From positions 1 through 62,167 of the forward strand of contig JASHSP010000118.1 in NCBI GenBank assembly GCA_030038655.1: a stretch of DNA of 62,167 bases, in the 5' to 3' direction. Source of the DNA: Thermoplasmata archaeon. Lineage in GTDB: Archaea > Thermoplasmatota > Thermoplasmata > Lutacidiplasmatales > UBA184. The number at the start of each line of letters is the position of its first letter. The stretch's first letter is position 1. Below the pieces are notes generated by a model. It was not told the DNA's origin and did not search any database. It saw only the letters and a program-made list of their open reading frames with translations. Below are positions 1-10,049 of the stretch, piece by piece. The position numbers and the translations under genes are program-made.

Positions 1-1
1 G

Positions 2-1636
2 ATCGACCTCACCCTCCTCAACGACTGGGCGGGGAAGGTCTCGACGATCTCGCAGGGCCGGCTCGTCCTCGTGCCGCTGTCGGAGACGTTCACGCAGTTC
101 CTGCTGAGCCTGTCGGGACCGGACGAGGCGCCGATCGCGGCCGCGGTCGGCTTCGGATGGGCGCCGGACTACCCCGACCCGACGGACTACATGGCGCCGA
201 TGGGCGAGGCGAACGGCGACTACACGGCGCCGGACGCGTTCAGCGAGCAGGTCTTCACGCCGTCCGAGCAGAACAACACGAGCTGCGGCCACTTCGGCAT
301 CGGACCGACCGGGAACTACACCGACAACTACGCGAACCTGACCTACTGGGCGAACGAGGCGAACCAATCGGACCTCTCCGGAACCGCAGCGTTCGCGGAC
401 GACTGCCAGGGCGTCGCGTACTCCGTGGCGAACTACTGGATGATCTACACCGGATCCCTCGCGGCGGGACCAACCCGAATCCTGCAGTACAACCTCGAGG
501 AGCAGATCCTGAACCGGCTCGCGATGTACGTCTACAACGGCCAGTCGAACGAGCTCACGGGGTTCGCGCCGTGGATCGACAAGGCGTCGATCAACGAGAA
601 CCCGGTCATCGGCGGCGGCGGCGACTCGGTCTGGTTCCAAGTCCGGTACAACTCGTCGTTCAGCGCGGACTTCTCGGTCACGGTGAAGGAGTCCGGCCTG
701 CCGGCCGGCACCAGCTGGTCGGCGACCGTGGGCCTCACGACCCTGAGCGGGACCGGCACGTCGATCGCGTTCCCGGCGACGTTCGCCAACGGATCGTACA
801 ACTACAGCGTCTCCTTCGAGACCGGCTACAGCGTGGCGCCGTCGAACGGGTCCGTGGTGGTGACGGGGGCGGACGCGAGCCAGTCCGTGGTCTACACCGC
901 CTTCACGACCGCCTCCTCGAAGGTCTCCTTCAACGAGACGGGCCTCCCCTCGAACACCAGCTGGTCGGTCCTGGTCCCCGGGTACGGTGCCGTGACGTCG
1001 GGGAACCCCACCGAGACGTTCACGCTGCCCGACCACGCGAAGTACCCCTACTCGGCCAGCCTGGTCGTGGGCTTCCTGACGCCGGCGCCCGGGAACGTGA
1101 CCGTGGTCGCCGCGCCGGCGTTCACGGTCCTGAACTACACCTGGCTCGTCGCCCCGAACTACGCGCTGACGTTCACCGAGTCGGGGCTGCCCGCCGGCAC
1201 GAGCTGGTCGGCCACGATCGGCCCGACCGCGTCGGCGTACACGGCCGCGGTCTCGAGCGTGAACCTCACGCTGTACGAGCCGAACGGCACCTACGCGGTG
1301 CAGCTCACGTTCCCGACAGGGTACGTCTCCCCGACGAGCCCCGTCAAGGTGGTCGTGAGCGGCGCGAACGTGACGCTCCTCGTCGTGACCAGTCCGATCA
1401 AGACGCCCCCGGCCCCCGCCGCGGCGTCCCCGGCCTGGACGTACCTGAGCACGCTCGCCTACGCGTTGATCGGAGTCCTCGCGCTGCTCGCGATCGTGGG
1501 ATTCCTGCTCGCCGCGCGCCGCAAGCCTCCCGCGTCCCCGCCGGAGTCGTGGATGGAGGGAGGGAAGCAGCCGGATTCCTCGACCGGTGAGTCCTCACCG
1601 GCCGACGAGGAGGCCCCGCCGCCCCCGACGAACTAG
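2..1636 (+). CDS. C-terminal part of a membrane-anchored extracellular solute-binding protein (family 5-like) with thermopsin-type repeats; 5'-partial
   Basis: Frame open from base 2; GWAPDYPDP motif typical of peptide-binding SBPs; three ESGLP(A/S)(G/N)TSWS-type repeats; C-terminal TM helix followed by RRK. Confidence 0.75.
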   Translation: MDLTLLNDWAGKVSTISQGRLVLVPLSETFTQFLLSLSGPDEAPIAAAVGFGWAPDYPDPTDYMAPMGEANGDYTAPDAFSEQVFTPSEQNNTSCGHFGIGPTGNYTDNYANLTYWANEANQSDLSGTAAFADDCQGVAYSVANYWMIYTGSLAAGPTRILQYNLEEQILNRLAMYVYNGQSNELTGFAPWIDKASINENPVIGGGGDSVWFQVRYNSSFSADFSVTVKESGLPAGTSWSATVGLTTLSGTGTSIAFPATFANGSYNYSVSFETGYSVAPSNGSVVVTGADASQSVVYTAFTTASSKVSFNETGLPSNTSWSVLVPGYGAVTSGNPTETFTLPDHAKYPYSASLVVGFLTPAPGNVTVVAAPAFTVLNYTWLVAPNYALTFTESGLPAGTSWSATIGPTASAYTAAVSSVNLTLYEPNGTYAVQLTFPTGYVSPTSPVKVVVSGANVTLLVVTSPIKTPPAPAAASPAWTYLSTLAYALIGVLALLAIVGFLLAARRKPPASPPESWMEGGKQPDSSTGESSPADEEAPPPPTN

Positions 1637-1647
1637 AGAGCCCAACA

Positions 1648-1676
1648 CGCCCCCGCGGGCGATTCCCGCGGGGGCG
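1648..1676. terminator. GC hairpin between convergent genes
   Basis: CGCCCCCGCGGG-cgatt-CCCGCGGGGGCG, 12-bp perfect stem. Confidence 0.45.
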
Positions 1677-1691
1677 CGAACCCGTTCCCCC

Positions 1692-2033
1692 CTACAGGAG
1701 CGGCAGTCGTCCCGTGATCGGGTCGAGCCGCGAGCTGGGCGCCGGACCCAGTCCGAGGCAGGTCCGGGTCCCCGGGGGGACCTCGGTGAACCCGGCGTCC
1801 TCGACCCAGACGGTCGGGATACCGGCCGACCGCGCCTGTCGTTGCACGGCCTCCATCTCGGCCAGGGTGGGGACCTCGAGCGCGACCTTCATCTGACCTT
1901 CCGCGAGCCAGGTCTCGAGCTCGCGCTGGCCGTGGCTTTCGGCCTGGCGTACGAGCAGCACCGCGGCGTGCGCCGCCTGGACCGCCGACTTGCCCGCGGT
2001 CAGTCGGAGCTCGCCCCGGACGATCAGGACCAT
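1692..2033 (-). CDS. pth2: peptidyl-tRNA hydrolase Pth2
   Basis: MVLIVRGELRLTAGKSAVQAAHA, GQMKVAL, DAGFTEVPPGTRTCLGLGP, DPITGRLPLL motifs; start set at ATG 2033. Confidence 0.92.
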   Translation of the reverse strand: MVLIVRGELRLTAGKSAVQAAHAAVLLVRQAESHGQRELETWLAEGQMKVALEVPTLAEMEAVQRQARSAGIPTVWVEDAGFTEVPPGTRTCLGLGPAPSSRLDPITGRLPLL

Positions 2034-2064
2034 CTTGTGGGTCGCGGGGTTGCCGCGGCCGCGG

Positions 2065-2601
2065 TTAGAGGTCGTACTCGGCCTCCCGCCGCGCCTCGAG
2101 CGCACGGACCTCCGTCCGGACCTCCTCCAGCCGTCGCTCGAGCTCCCCGGTAGCGGTCGGGTCCGTCCTCGACCGCGCGAGGTCGCGCCGGAGGCGACGT
2201 TCCTCGCGGCCCAGCCGGTCCAGCTCGCGCGTGAGCTCCCAGACCCCCTCCGTCCCGGGCTCCAGGGGTGCGGGTGTAGGTGGTACGGAGGCATACGACC
2301 CCTCGACGAGGCCCACGACGAAAGCGACCGCCGCGATCGCAGCCAGGCACGCCTCGAGGAGCGGATCGGACCACGCGGCCGAGAAGCCCCCCGGGGAGAA
2401 CCGGAGGAGGCCGAAGCCGACGAGGACCGTCAGGACGACGCTCAGCGTGAACGACAGGGTCACCGTCTCGAGCGCCCCGCGCAGCCCCTCGGGTCCTCGG
2501 ATACGGAGCCGTGGGAAGGTGGCCCGGGTCACGGCGTACCCCGGGACGAAGAAGAGGAGGGCACCCCCCACGATCGCCTCGGGCGCCGCGAGGAGGTTCA
2601 T
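2065..2601 (-). CDS. membrane protein, DUF1616-like, with C-terminal coiled coil
   Basis: LLFFVPGYAVTRATFP...LETVTLSFTLSVVL pattern; three TM segments. Confidence 0.65.
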   Translation of the reverse strand: MNLLAAPEAIVGGALLFFVPGYAVTRATFPRLRIRGPEGLRGALETVTLSFTLSVVLTVLVGFGLLRFSPGGFSAAWSDPLLEACLAAIAAVAFVVGLVEGSYASVPPTPAPLEPGTEGVWELTRELDRLGREERRLRRDLARSRTDPTATGELERRLEEVRTEVRALEARREAEYDL

Positions 2602-2614
2602 CGGGTCCGGGTGC

Positions 2615-3955
2615 TCATTCCGGGGTGCCTCCGGAGGTCCCGAGCTGGTGCTCGAGCTGCCGCCGGAGCCGGCGGTTCGAGACGAGGCCATGGGCGGACT
2701 TGCGCGTCAGCTCGTACTGTTTCAGGAGGGCGCGGACCTCGTGGGCCGGCTGGCCGCTCCCGCGTGCGATCCGGTGGATCCGCTCGGACTTGATGATCCC
2801 CGCGTCGGACAGTTCGGCGGGGGTCAGCGAGTCGAGGATCGACCGGAACCGAAGGAGGCGTCGCTGCGAGTCCTCCAGCTGCTTGTCGTCCAGCTTCGCG
2901 GCGCCGAAGAGCGGGAACATCGACATGACCTTCGAGAACGGGCCCATCTGGCCGAGCGAATCGAGCTGCGAGCGCATGTCGCGCAGGGTGAACCGCCCGG
3001 ACATGAGGTGCTTCGCGGCCTCCTCGGCCGCCTCCTTGTTCGAGAGCTCCTCGAACCGCTCGAGGAGGGTCTGTATGTCCCCCATCCCGAGCAGCCGGGA
3101 AACGAACCGGGTCGGCTCAAATCGTTCGAGCTCCTCCAGGTGCTCGCCCGTCCCGAGGAAGACGATCGGCGCCCCGCTCACGGCGACGGCCGAGAGCGCG
3201 CCGCCGCCCTTGGCGGAGCCGTCGAGCTTCGTGAGGATGACGCCGTTGAGCCCGACCGCCTTGTGGAACGCCTCGGCGCTCCGCCCCGCCGCCTGGCCCA
3301 TCGCGGCGTCCAGTACGAGGAGCACCTCGTCGGGCTGGAGGACCGCCTTGACGCGCTTCAGTTCCTCGATCAGCTCGGCGTCGATCCCGCTGCGGCCGGC
3401 GGTATCCACGATCACCGCAACGTGGGCCGGCAGGGAGGCGAGCGCGGCCCGAACGATCTCCTCGGCCTTCCGCTGGGTCCGGTCGGCGTAGAAGTCGGCA
3501 CCGATCTTCTTCGAGAGCTGTTCCAGCTGGTCGATCGCGGCAGGGCGGTGCACGTCCGCCGCGACGAGGGCGACGCGGACCCCCTTCTTCTGGAGGTACC
3601 GGGCCAGCTTCGCCGCGGTCGTCGTCTTGCCCTGGCCGAACAGGCCGGCCAGCAGGATCCTCTTCGGCTTGGCGTCGAACGGGCGGTCCTTGCCGAGGAT
3701 CCCCCGGATCTCCTCGTAGATGATCCGGACGAGGAAGTCGCGGAGGCTCGCTCCGGCCGGCGGCTTCTCCTCGGTCGCCCGCCGGCGGACCCGCTGGGTC
3801 AGGTCGATCGTCAGCTGGACGTTGACGTCCGCCTGGAGTAGGGCCCGCTGGATGTCCCGGACGACCTCGGAGAGCAGCGCCTCGTCCACGACCGAGCCGC
3901 GGGCGATCTTCTGGAGGACGCCGCGCAGCGATTTCCCGAGCGAATCCAGAACCAT
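2615..3955 (-). CDS. srp54: signal recognition particle protein SRP54
   Basis: ALLQADVN, GLFGQGKTTT, DTAGR, TKLDGSAKGGGALS, M-domain RIARGSG. Confidence 0.97.
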   Translation of the reverse strand: MVLDSLGKSLRGVLQKIARGSVVDEALLSEVVRDIQRALLQADVNVQLTIDLTQRVRRRATEEKPPAGASLRDFLVRIIYEEIRGILGKDRPFDAKPKRILLAGLFGQGKTTTAAKLARYLQKKGVRVALVAADVHRPAAIDQLEQLSKKIGADFYADRTQRKAEEIVRAALASLPAHVAVIVDTAGRSGIDAELIEELKRVKAVLQPDEVLLVLDAAMGQAAGRSAEAFHKAVGLNGVILTKLDGSAKGGGALSAVAVSGAPIVFLGTGEHLEELERFEPTRFVSRLLGMGDIQTLLERFEELSNKEAAEEAAKHLMSGRFTLRDMRSQLDSLGQMGPFSKVMSMFPLFGAAKLDDKQLEDSQRRLLRFRSILDSLTPAELSDAGIIKSERIHRIARGSGQPAHEVRALLKQYELTRKSAHGLVSNRRLRRQLEHQLGTSGGTPE

Positions 3956-4102
3956 CCCGATCTCCTCGCGGGCGGCCGTCCGGCGACACCGGCGCCCCTA
4001 TATCTCGGGCGCGGGGGAGGCGTCCCGGCCCCGTGCGGCCCGCGGCGGTCGGCGCGGACGATAAACCTCTTAAGAACCGGACGGGCTCGAATCGTGCTGC
4101 TC

Positions 4103-5578
4103 ATGTCGCCGGAGACGACCGCGCCCGCAAAGGCGCCGGCCCCCCCGAAACCGACGCCCCCGAAGCTCAACCCGGTGCGCGTGCCAATCCCCGAAGAGCC
4201 GGTGGCCGAACGAACGACGGACTTCCGCGAGGTTCTCCACGCGTACTCGAAGGAGGAGGCGATCCTCGAGGCGAAGCGGTGCATCCAGTGCCGGCGGCCG
4301 TGGTGCGTCGAGGCCTGCCCGATAACCCAGGACTGCCGCGAGTACATCCGCCTCATCGCCGCGGACGATTTTGACGGGGCCGCCCGAGTCACGCTGCGCG
4401 AGAACCCGCTCTCCACCTGCCTCTGCAAGGTCTGCTACCACTACTGCGAGGAGTCGTGCGTGATCACGAAGAAGGGGGTCCCGATCGCGATCCGGCACCT
4501 GAAGCGTGCCGCGCTCGACTTCGGCAAGAGCGACCTCGTGTACGTACCCTCGAAGCCGAAGGGCCAGCGGGTCGCGGTCGTGGGCGGCGGGCCGGCCGGG
4601 ATGATGGCCGCGTGGGAGCTCGGCGTGCGCGGCTACGCGGTCACCGTCTTCGAGCAGGAGCCCCGCGTGGGCGGCCTGATGCAGACGATCCCCGCGTACC
4701 GCATGACGGACGACGACGTGCAGACCGACCGCGCGCGCTTCCAGGACCTGGACGTCACGTTCGTCGACGCCACCAAGGTCGGCCAGGACATCAGCCTCGA
4801 ACGGCTGCGCAACGACGGCTACCAGGCCGTCCTGCTCACGGTCGGGACCCCGACCCACCGAACGCTCGGGGTCCCCGGCGAGAACCTTCCGGGAGTGCTC
4901 CCGGCGCTCCAGTTCCTCAAGGAGACGAACACCGGTCGCCCGCCGAGGGTCGGCCAGGAGATCGTGGTCGTGGGCGGTGGGGACGTCGCGATGGACTCCG
5001 TCCGGACCGCGCTCCGGGAGTCGAAGGGCGGTCGCGTGACCCTCGTCTACCGTCGCGGCCGGGAAGAGATGCCGGCCGACCCGGAGGAGGTCCACGGGGC
5101 CGAGAAGGAGGGGATCCGGTTCCTGTTCCAGCGCGCCCCGCTCCGGATCGTGGGGAACGGCATCGTGGAGGGCCTCGAGGTCCAGACGATGGAGCTTGGC
5201 CCGCCCGACGCGGGCGGCCGGCGGACGCCCGTGCCCGTCCCCGGATCCGAGGCCGTCGTCCGGTGCGACACGGTGATCGTCGCGGTCGGCCAGAAGGCGG
5301 ACCTCACGGGGTTCGGCCCCGACCTCGACCTCAAGATCACGTCGCAGGGCTGGCCCGAGGGGAAGGGATCCGGGTTCGAGACGGCCGTTCCCGGCGTCTT
5401 CGCCGCGGGGGGCCGGTCGGTGGTCTACGCGATGGGCGCCGCCACCGAGGCCGCGAACGCCATCGACGCCTACCTCTCGGCCAAGCGCGGGGAACCGACC
5501 GGTGCTCGGCCCGACCCGTTCGGCGGGCCGGAGACGTTCAAGCTCCCGGCCGGGTACACGACACCGATTAGGTCCTAA
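4103..5578 (+). CDS. FAD/NAD(P)-dependent Fe-S oxidoreductase (GltD/SudA/NfnB family)
   Basis: EAKRCIQCRRPWCVEACP and CKVCYHYCEESC Fe-S motifs; two GxGxxG/A Rossmann motifs; YRRGREEMPA. Confidence 0.88.
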   Translation: MSPETTAPAKAPAPPKPTPPKLNPVRVPIPEEPVAERTTDFREVLHAYSKEEAILEAKRCIQCRRPWCVEACPITQDCREYIRLIAADDFDGAARVTLRENPLSTCLCKVCYHYCEESCVITKKGVPIAIRHLKRAALDFGKSDLVYVPSKPKGQRVAVVGGGPAGMMAAWELGVRGYAVTVFEQEPRVGGLMQTIPAYRMTDDDVQTDRARFQDLDVTFVDATKVGQDISLERLRNDGYQAVLLTVGTPTHRTLGVPGENLPGVLPALQFLKETNTGRPPRVGQEIVVVGGGDVAMDSVRTALRESKGGRVTLVYRRGREEMPADPEEVHGAEKEGIRFLFQRAPLRIVGNGIVEGLEVQTMELGPPDAGGRRTPVPVPGSEAVVRCDTVIVAVGQKADLTGFGPDLDLKITSQGWPEGKGSGFETAVPGVFAAGGRSVVYAMGAATEAANAIDAYLSAKRGEPTGARPDPFGGPETFKLPAGYTTPIRS

Positions 5579-5608
5579 CCGGCGCGTCGGCCGGCGGGCC
5601 GAAGGTAT

Positions 5609-8497
5609 TTGTGCCGCCAGCGGCCCGTACCGGGCGTGCGGCGCTCGAAGCGGCCTCCGCTGCTCCGCACTCTCGCCGTCCTGACGCTCGGCGGGGTGCT
5701 CGTCGGCCTTCTGGGCACCGCCGCCGGCGCACCACCGCACGGTACGGGCTCCGCCCCGGCCGCGGCCGTACCCTCGCCGCCCGACTTTGCGGCCCGCGCC
5801 GGCTACCAGGCCGGGCTATCCTCCCAGCTCACGGGGTCCCGCACCCCTTCCGGCCTCCTCCCCGTCGACGTGGTCTTTGAGCCCGCGGCGACCGGGGCCG
5901 GGACGCGGGCCGGATTGCTCACCGCGTCCGCGTACGCCGCGGAGTACGGCCCGTCCCCGTCAGCGTACGCCGGCGCGGCGCAGTACTTCCGAAGCGAGGG
6001 GCTGGTCGTCACCCACGAGTGGCCGGACCGCCTGACGATCTCGCTGGAGGGCAACGCCACGGCGGTCGACCGGGCGTTCGGCACGTCGCTGGTCGCCGGC
6101 GCCTACGACGGACGGCCGGTGATGCTCCCCTCCACCGCACCCTCCCTTCCCGCGTCGATCGAGGCCGACGTGGCCGGGGTGGTCGGGCTTTCGACCGGGT
6201 TCGAGACGTTCTCGATATCCCTCGCCCCGGTGCCGAGCGCCGGAGCGGACTCGGTCAAACCGTCGCAGGGGTCCGGCAACACGGTCTACCCGGGGATAGC
6301 CCGGGAGTACTACGGCCTCTCGGCATTCTACAACCTCACGGGGTCCCCCGTCTACCCGACCAACCAGTCGATCGCGCTCATCCTGTGGGGTCAGGGGTAT
6401 TCTCCGAGCGACATCCAGACGTTCTTCGAGGACGACTACGGGGCGGGCTTCCCGGCGGCCCATGTCGTTCCGTACCCGGTGGACGGGGCGCCGTATCCGG
6501 ACGACTCCGCGCCGGGGTCCGCGGACCGCTCCGACGTCGAGGAGATGACGCTCGACATCGAGTGGTCGGGCTCGGCCGCCCCGGGGGCCACCCTGGACGC
6601 CGTCTACGCGCCCAACGGCTCGGCTCCCTCGTACTCGCCCTCGACCGCGGACCTGACGGACGCCTTCGAGACGGCCCTCTCGCTGTCGAACGTGAGCGTG
6701 ATCTCGATGTCGTTCGGGGTCGGGGAGGCCGGCGACCAGTCGCTGCGATCGGCGTGGACGCCCCTCCTCGGCGAGGCGGCCAGCCGGGGGATCACCGTGC
6801 TCGCCGCCTCCGGAGATTTCGGCGGCGACGCCGACCCCAGCTGCTCGGGCGGAACCTCCGTGGAGTACCCCTCCTCGTCACCGGAGGTCCTGGCGGTCGG
6901 CGGGACCGACGTGACGTTGTCCCGGTCGCCCCTGGGCCAGGTGACGGGGTTCAACGAGACCGCCTGGAACGGAAGCGGCGGCGGCTACTCGGCCCAGTTC
7001 TCGGCGCCGAGCTGGCAGGAGGTCGGCAGCGCCGCCGGACCGATCGAGTCGAACGGCAGCCATCGGGGCGTACCGGATGTCGCCGCGAGCGCCGGAGACG
7101 ACTTCCTCTACTTCGACGGCGCGGATATGCAGGCGGCGGGAACGAGCTTCGCGACGCCGTTCTGGGCCGGCCTCGTGGCCGAGATGGACCAGCAGTACGG
7201 CAAGCCGCTCGGCTGGATCCTCCCCCAGATCTACCACGTCGGAGCGAGCCAGCCGTCGGGCCAGATCGGGATCGGGCTCGTTCCCATCGACGGCGGAGGG
7301 AACTGTGTCGCCACGGCGACCGGAGGGTGGAGCGCCGTGACCGGCTGGGGGTCCCCCCGGGCGATCCTTCTCTACGAGGACCTGGTCGGGTCGTACGTCA
7401 ACCTGTCGCTCGCGGTCGCGCCGACCACGGTGGCCCCCGGCGGCTCCGTTTCCGTGGACACGCAGCTGACCAACCGTACGACCGGCATCCCGATCGCCGA
7501 CACGACGGTCCGGATCGAGGCGGTCGCCGACACGACGATCGGACCCTGCACCGGCACCTTCTCCTCGGCCGCGCCGGAGACGAACGCCACCGGCTGGGTC
7601 CAGGCGCAGCTGTCGGTGCCGTTCTGCTACCTCGGGTCCCACGCGAACGTCACGGTCATCGTCACGACCGACCGGTTGTACGGGACCAACCAGACGACGA
7701 TCGCGGTCAATCTCCTCGGACTCTTCCCGGCGCTCGAGGCGATCGAGCAGGCCCCGTGGTCGTACGTCAGCTACGTCTCCATCATGGCGGTCGCGGTGGT
7801 CTCGGGGGCGTTGCTCGGACGACGGTCCCCTCGCCTGCCTCCGCCGGGGCCCTCCCGACCGGCCCGAGCCGGGACCCGCGGTCCGACCGGTGGGCCGGGC
7901 ACGCCGGTTGTCGTGCCGGCCGCGCCCGCTCCACCCGCGCCTCCCGGCGCCCCACCCGCAAACGTGCCCGCGGCTCCGACCCGTCCGCCACCCCCGCCGC
8001 CGCCCGCCCCGACGGGTGCGGAAGGGGTACGGTCCGCCGTCCCGTCCGGCGCTCCGGCGAGCCGGCCCGCCCCGATACCGGTGCCGGCGAACGAGATCCC
8101 CTATGCCCCTCGCGCGGCAGGGGTCGTGGAGGTTCCTCGCGTGACCCCGCTGCCCTCCCGACCCATGCCGGGCCGGCCCGCTCGGCCGCTGCGCTCCTCG
8201 TACCGCCCCGATTTCCCCGTCACCCGGGGGCCGTCCGCCGGAGGGCCCCCGCCGGCTCCGGGGGCCCCAGCCTCGACAGGCCGCACCGGCGCCCTACCCC
8301 CGCTCGCGAAGCTGCCTTCCCCGTCGCACGGTGAGCGAAGGACGATACGGGCCGCCTCCGCCGGGGCCGGCCCCCCGTCGGCACCGACGGCGGGCCCGGT
8401 CCCGTCGGGGGCGTCGTTGACCCCATCGCCCGCGGCCGGGCCCACGACGCCGCCGGCGCACCGCCGACCGCCGCCGGAAAACACCCAAAACCCTTAA
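5609..8497 (+). CDS. S53 family (sedolisin/kumamolisin) serine peptidase, membrane-anchored
   Basis: Signal peptide, propeptide, EMTLDIE, ASGD, GVPDVA, GTSFATP, TGWGSP; TM helix and Pro-rich tail; start uncertain. Confidence 0.9.
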   Translation: MCRQRPVPGVRRSKRPPLLRTLAVLTLGGVLVGLLGTAAGAPPHGTGSAPAAAVPSPPDFAARAGYQAGLSSQLTGSRTPSGLLPVDVVFEPAATGAGTRAGLLTASAYAAEYGPSPSAYAGAAQYFRSEGLVVTHEWPDRLTISLEGNATAVDRAFGTSLVAGAYDGRPVMLPSTAPSLPASIEADVAGVVGLSTGFETFSISLAPVPSAGADSVKPSQGSGNTVYPGIAREYYGLSAFYNLTGSPVYPTNQSIALILWGQGYSPSDIQTFFEDDYGAGFPAAHVVPYPVDGAPYPDDSAPGSADRSDVEEMTLDIEWSGSAAPGATLDAVYAPNGSAPSYSPSTADLTDAFETALSLSNVSVISMSFGVGEAGDQSLRSAWTPLLGEAASRGITVLAASGDFGGDADPSCSGGTSVEYPSSSPEVLAVGGTDVTLSRSPLGQVTGFNETAWNGSGGGYSAQFSAPSWQEVGSAAGPIESNGSHRGVPDVAASAGDDFLYFDGADMQAAGTSFATPFWAGLVAEMDQQYGKPLGWILPQIYHVGASQPSGQIGIGLVPIDGGGNCVATATGGWSAVTGWGSPRAILLYEDLVGSYVNLSLAVAPTTVAPGGSVSVDTQLTNRTTGIPIADTTVRIEAVADTTIGPCTGTFSSAAPETNATGWVQAQLSVPFCYLGSHANVTVIVTTDRLYGTNQTTIAVNLLGLFPALEAIEQAPWSYVSYVSIMAVAVVSGALLGRRSPRLPPPGPSRPARAGTRGPTGGPGTPVVVPAAPAPPAPPGAPPANVPAAPTRPPPPPPPAPTGAEGVRSAVPSGAPASRPAPIPVPANEIPYAPRAAGVVEVPRVTPLPSRPMPGRPARPLRSSYRPDFPVTRGPSAGGPPPAPGAPASTGRTGALPPLAKLPSPSHGERRTIRAASAGAGPPSAPTAGPVPSGASLTPSPAAGPTTPPAHRRPPPENTQNP

Positions 8498-8520
8498 TCC
8501 GGGGCCTCCCTCGCGGCGTC

Positions 8521-10047
8521 GTGACCGGCGCATCGGGGGAATCCCCCGAGGGGGGGACCCCGGTCGCCCTCTCGGGGCCGGAGCGATCCATACTCGCGGC
8601 GATCCGCGAGATCCCCGACCTTCCCGTAGAGGAGGACGAGCTCGCGAACCGGCTCGGTCTCGGTCTGGACGCGGTGCGCGGCAGTCTTCAGCGGCTCCGC
8701 TCGAAGCACCTTGTGCTCGTCGAGGAGGAGCACGAGAAGATCGTGAGCCTCACACCGCGCGGCAAGGAGACGCTCTCCGCGGGCCTCCCCGAGCATCGGC
8801 TCCTCGACGCGATCCGGGCCCGCGGGCCGCTCACGATGGAGATGGTGAGCTCGCTGGGACTGCTCGACGACGAGCGGTCCGCCGCGATCGGGATCCTCCG
8901 GCGGCGCGGTCTGCTCGCGGACGGGATCCCGCTGCGTTTCAAGTCGGAGGTCCCGCCGGCGGCCGGACCCCTGCCGGAAGAGCGGGTCCTCCGCCAGATC
9001 GCGAACGGGGAGCGCGACCTCGACGCCACGATCGTGGAGGGACTCGAGCGGCGGGGGCTGGCCCGGACCGACCACCGGTCGATCAAGCGATGGGCCCCCT
9101 CGGACGAGGGGCGCCGCCTCGCGCTCGTCGAGGAGGGCGAGGAGTCTCTCGGCGCGCTCACCCCCGCGCTCCTGACGAGCGGCGGCTGGCGGGAACGGGT
9201 GTTCCGGCCGTACGACGTCCGGGCACCGGTCCCCCTGGTCGGAGGAGCTCGGCCGAACGCTTACGTCGCGTGGCTCGAGGAGTTCGCGGAGGTCCTCGTC
9301 GGCCTCGGTTTCGAGGAGGCCGAGGGGCCGCTGCTCGAGACCGAGTTCTGGAACAACGACGTCCTGTTCATGCCGCAGGACCATCCGGCCCGGTCGATCC
9401 ACGACGCCCTCGCGGTCGAAGGAGTGGTCGGGCACCCGCCGCCGGGCGACCTGCTCGCCCGCGTGGCGGCGGTCCACGAGGGCCGACCGCTTCCCGGGGA
9501 GACGACGCCCGTCGGGCCGGGCTGGTCCGCGCCGTACGACCCGGCGATCGCCGCGCGGCCGGTCCTCCGCTCGCAGACGACGGCGGTGTCCGCCCGGTTC
9601 CTCGCCCGACACCCGGTCCCACCGTTCCGGATGTACTCGATCGACCGGAACTTCCGCCGCGAGGAGGTCGACGCCCAGCACCACCTCGAGTTCCACCAGG
9701 CCGAGGGGATCGTCGGGGCGGAGGGGATGACGGTCCGGCACCTGGTCGGCCTGTTCCGCTCGCTGGCGGAGGCGATCGGAATTCGGGACCTCAAGATCCG
9801 GCCGAGCTTCTTCCCGTTCACCGAACCGTCGATCGAGGGGTACGTACGCCACCCGCGCCTCGGATGGATGGAGGTGTTTCCCGGCGGCCTGTTCCGCCCC
9901 GAGGTCCTCCGCCCGTTGGGGATCGATGTCCCCGTTCTCGCGTGGGGTGTCGGAATCACGCGCCTCGCGATGGTCTCGCTCGGGCGGAACGACATCCGGG
10001 ACCTCTTCGCGGACGACCTGGACGCGCTCCTCGGTCGGAGGACCTGA
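8521..10047 (+). CDS. pheS: phenylalanine--tRNA ligase alpha subunit
   Basis: FWNNDVLFMPQDHPAR, RNFRREEVDAQHHLEFHQAEG, FFPFTEPS. Confidence 0.97.
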   Translation: MTGASGESPEGGTPVALSGPERSILAAIREIPDLPVEEDELANRLGLGLDAVRGSLQRLRSKHLVLVEEEHEKIVSLTPRGKETLSAGLPEHRLLDAIRARGPLTMEMVSSLGLLDDERSAAIGILRRRGLLADGIPLRFKSEVPPAAGPLPEERVLRQIANGERDLDATIVEGLERRGLARTDHRSIKRWAPSDEGRRLALVEEGEESLGALTPALLTSGGWRERVFRPYDVRAPVPLVGGARPNAYVAWLEEFAEVLVGLGFEEAEGPLLETEFWNNDVLFMPQDHPARSIHDALAVEGVVGHPPPGDLLARVAAVHEGRPLPGETTPVGPGWSAPYDPAIAARPVLRSQTTAVSARFLARHPVPPFRMYSIDRNFRREEVDAQHHLEFHQAEGIVGAEGMTVRHLVGLFRSLAEAIGIRDLKIRPSFFPFTEPSIEGYVRHPRLGWMEVFPGGLFRPEVLRPLGIDVPVLAWGVGITRLAMVSLGRNDIRDLFADDLDALLGRRT

Positions 10048-10049
10048 CC

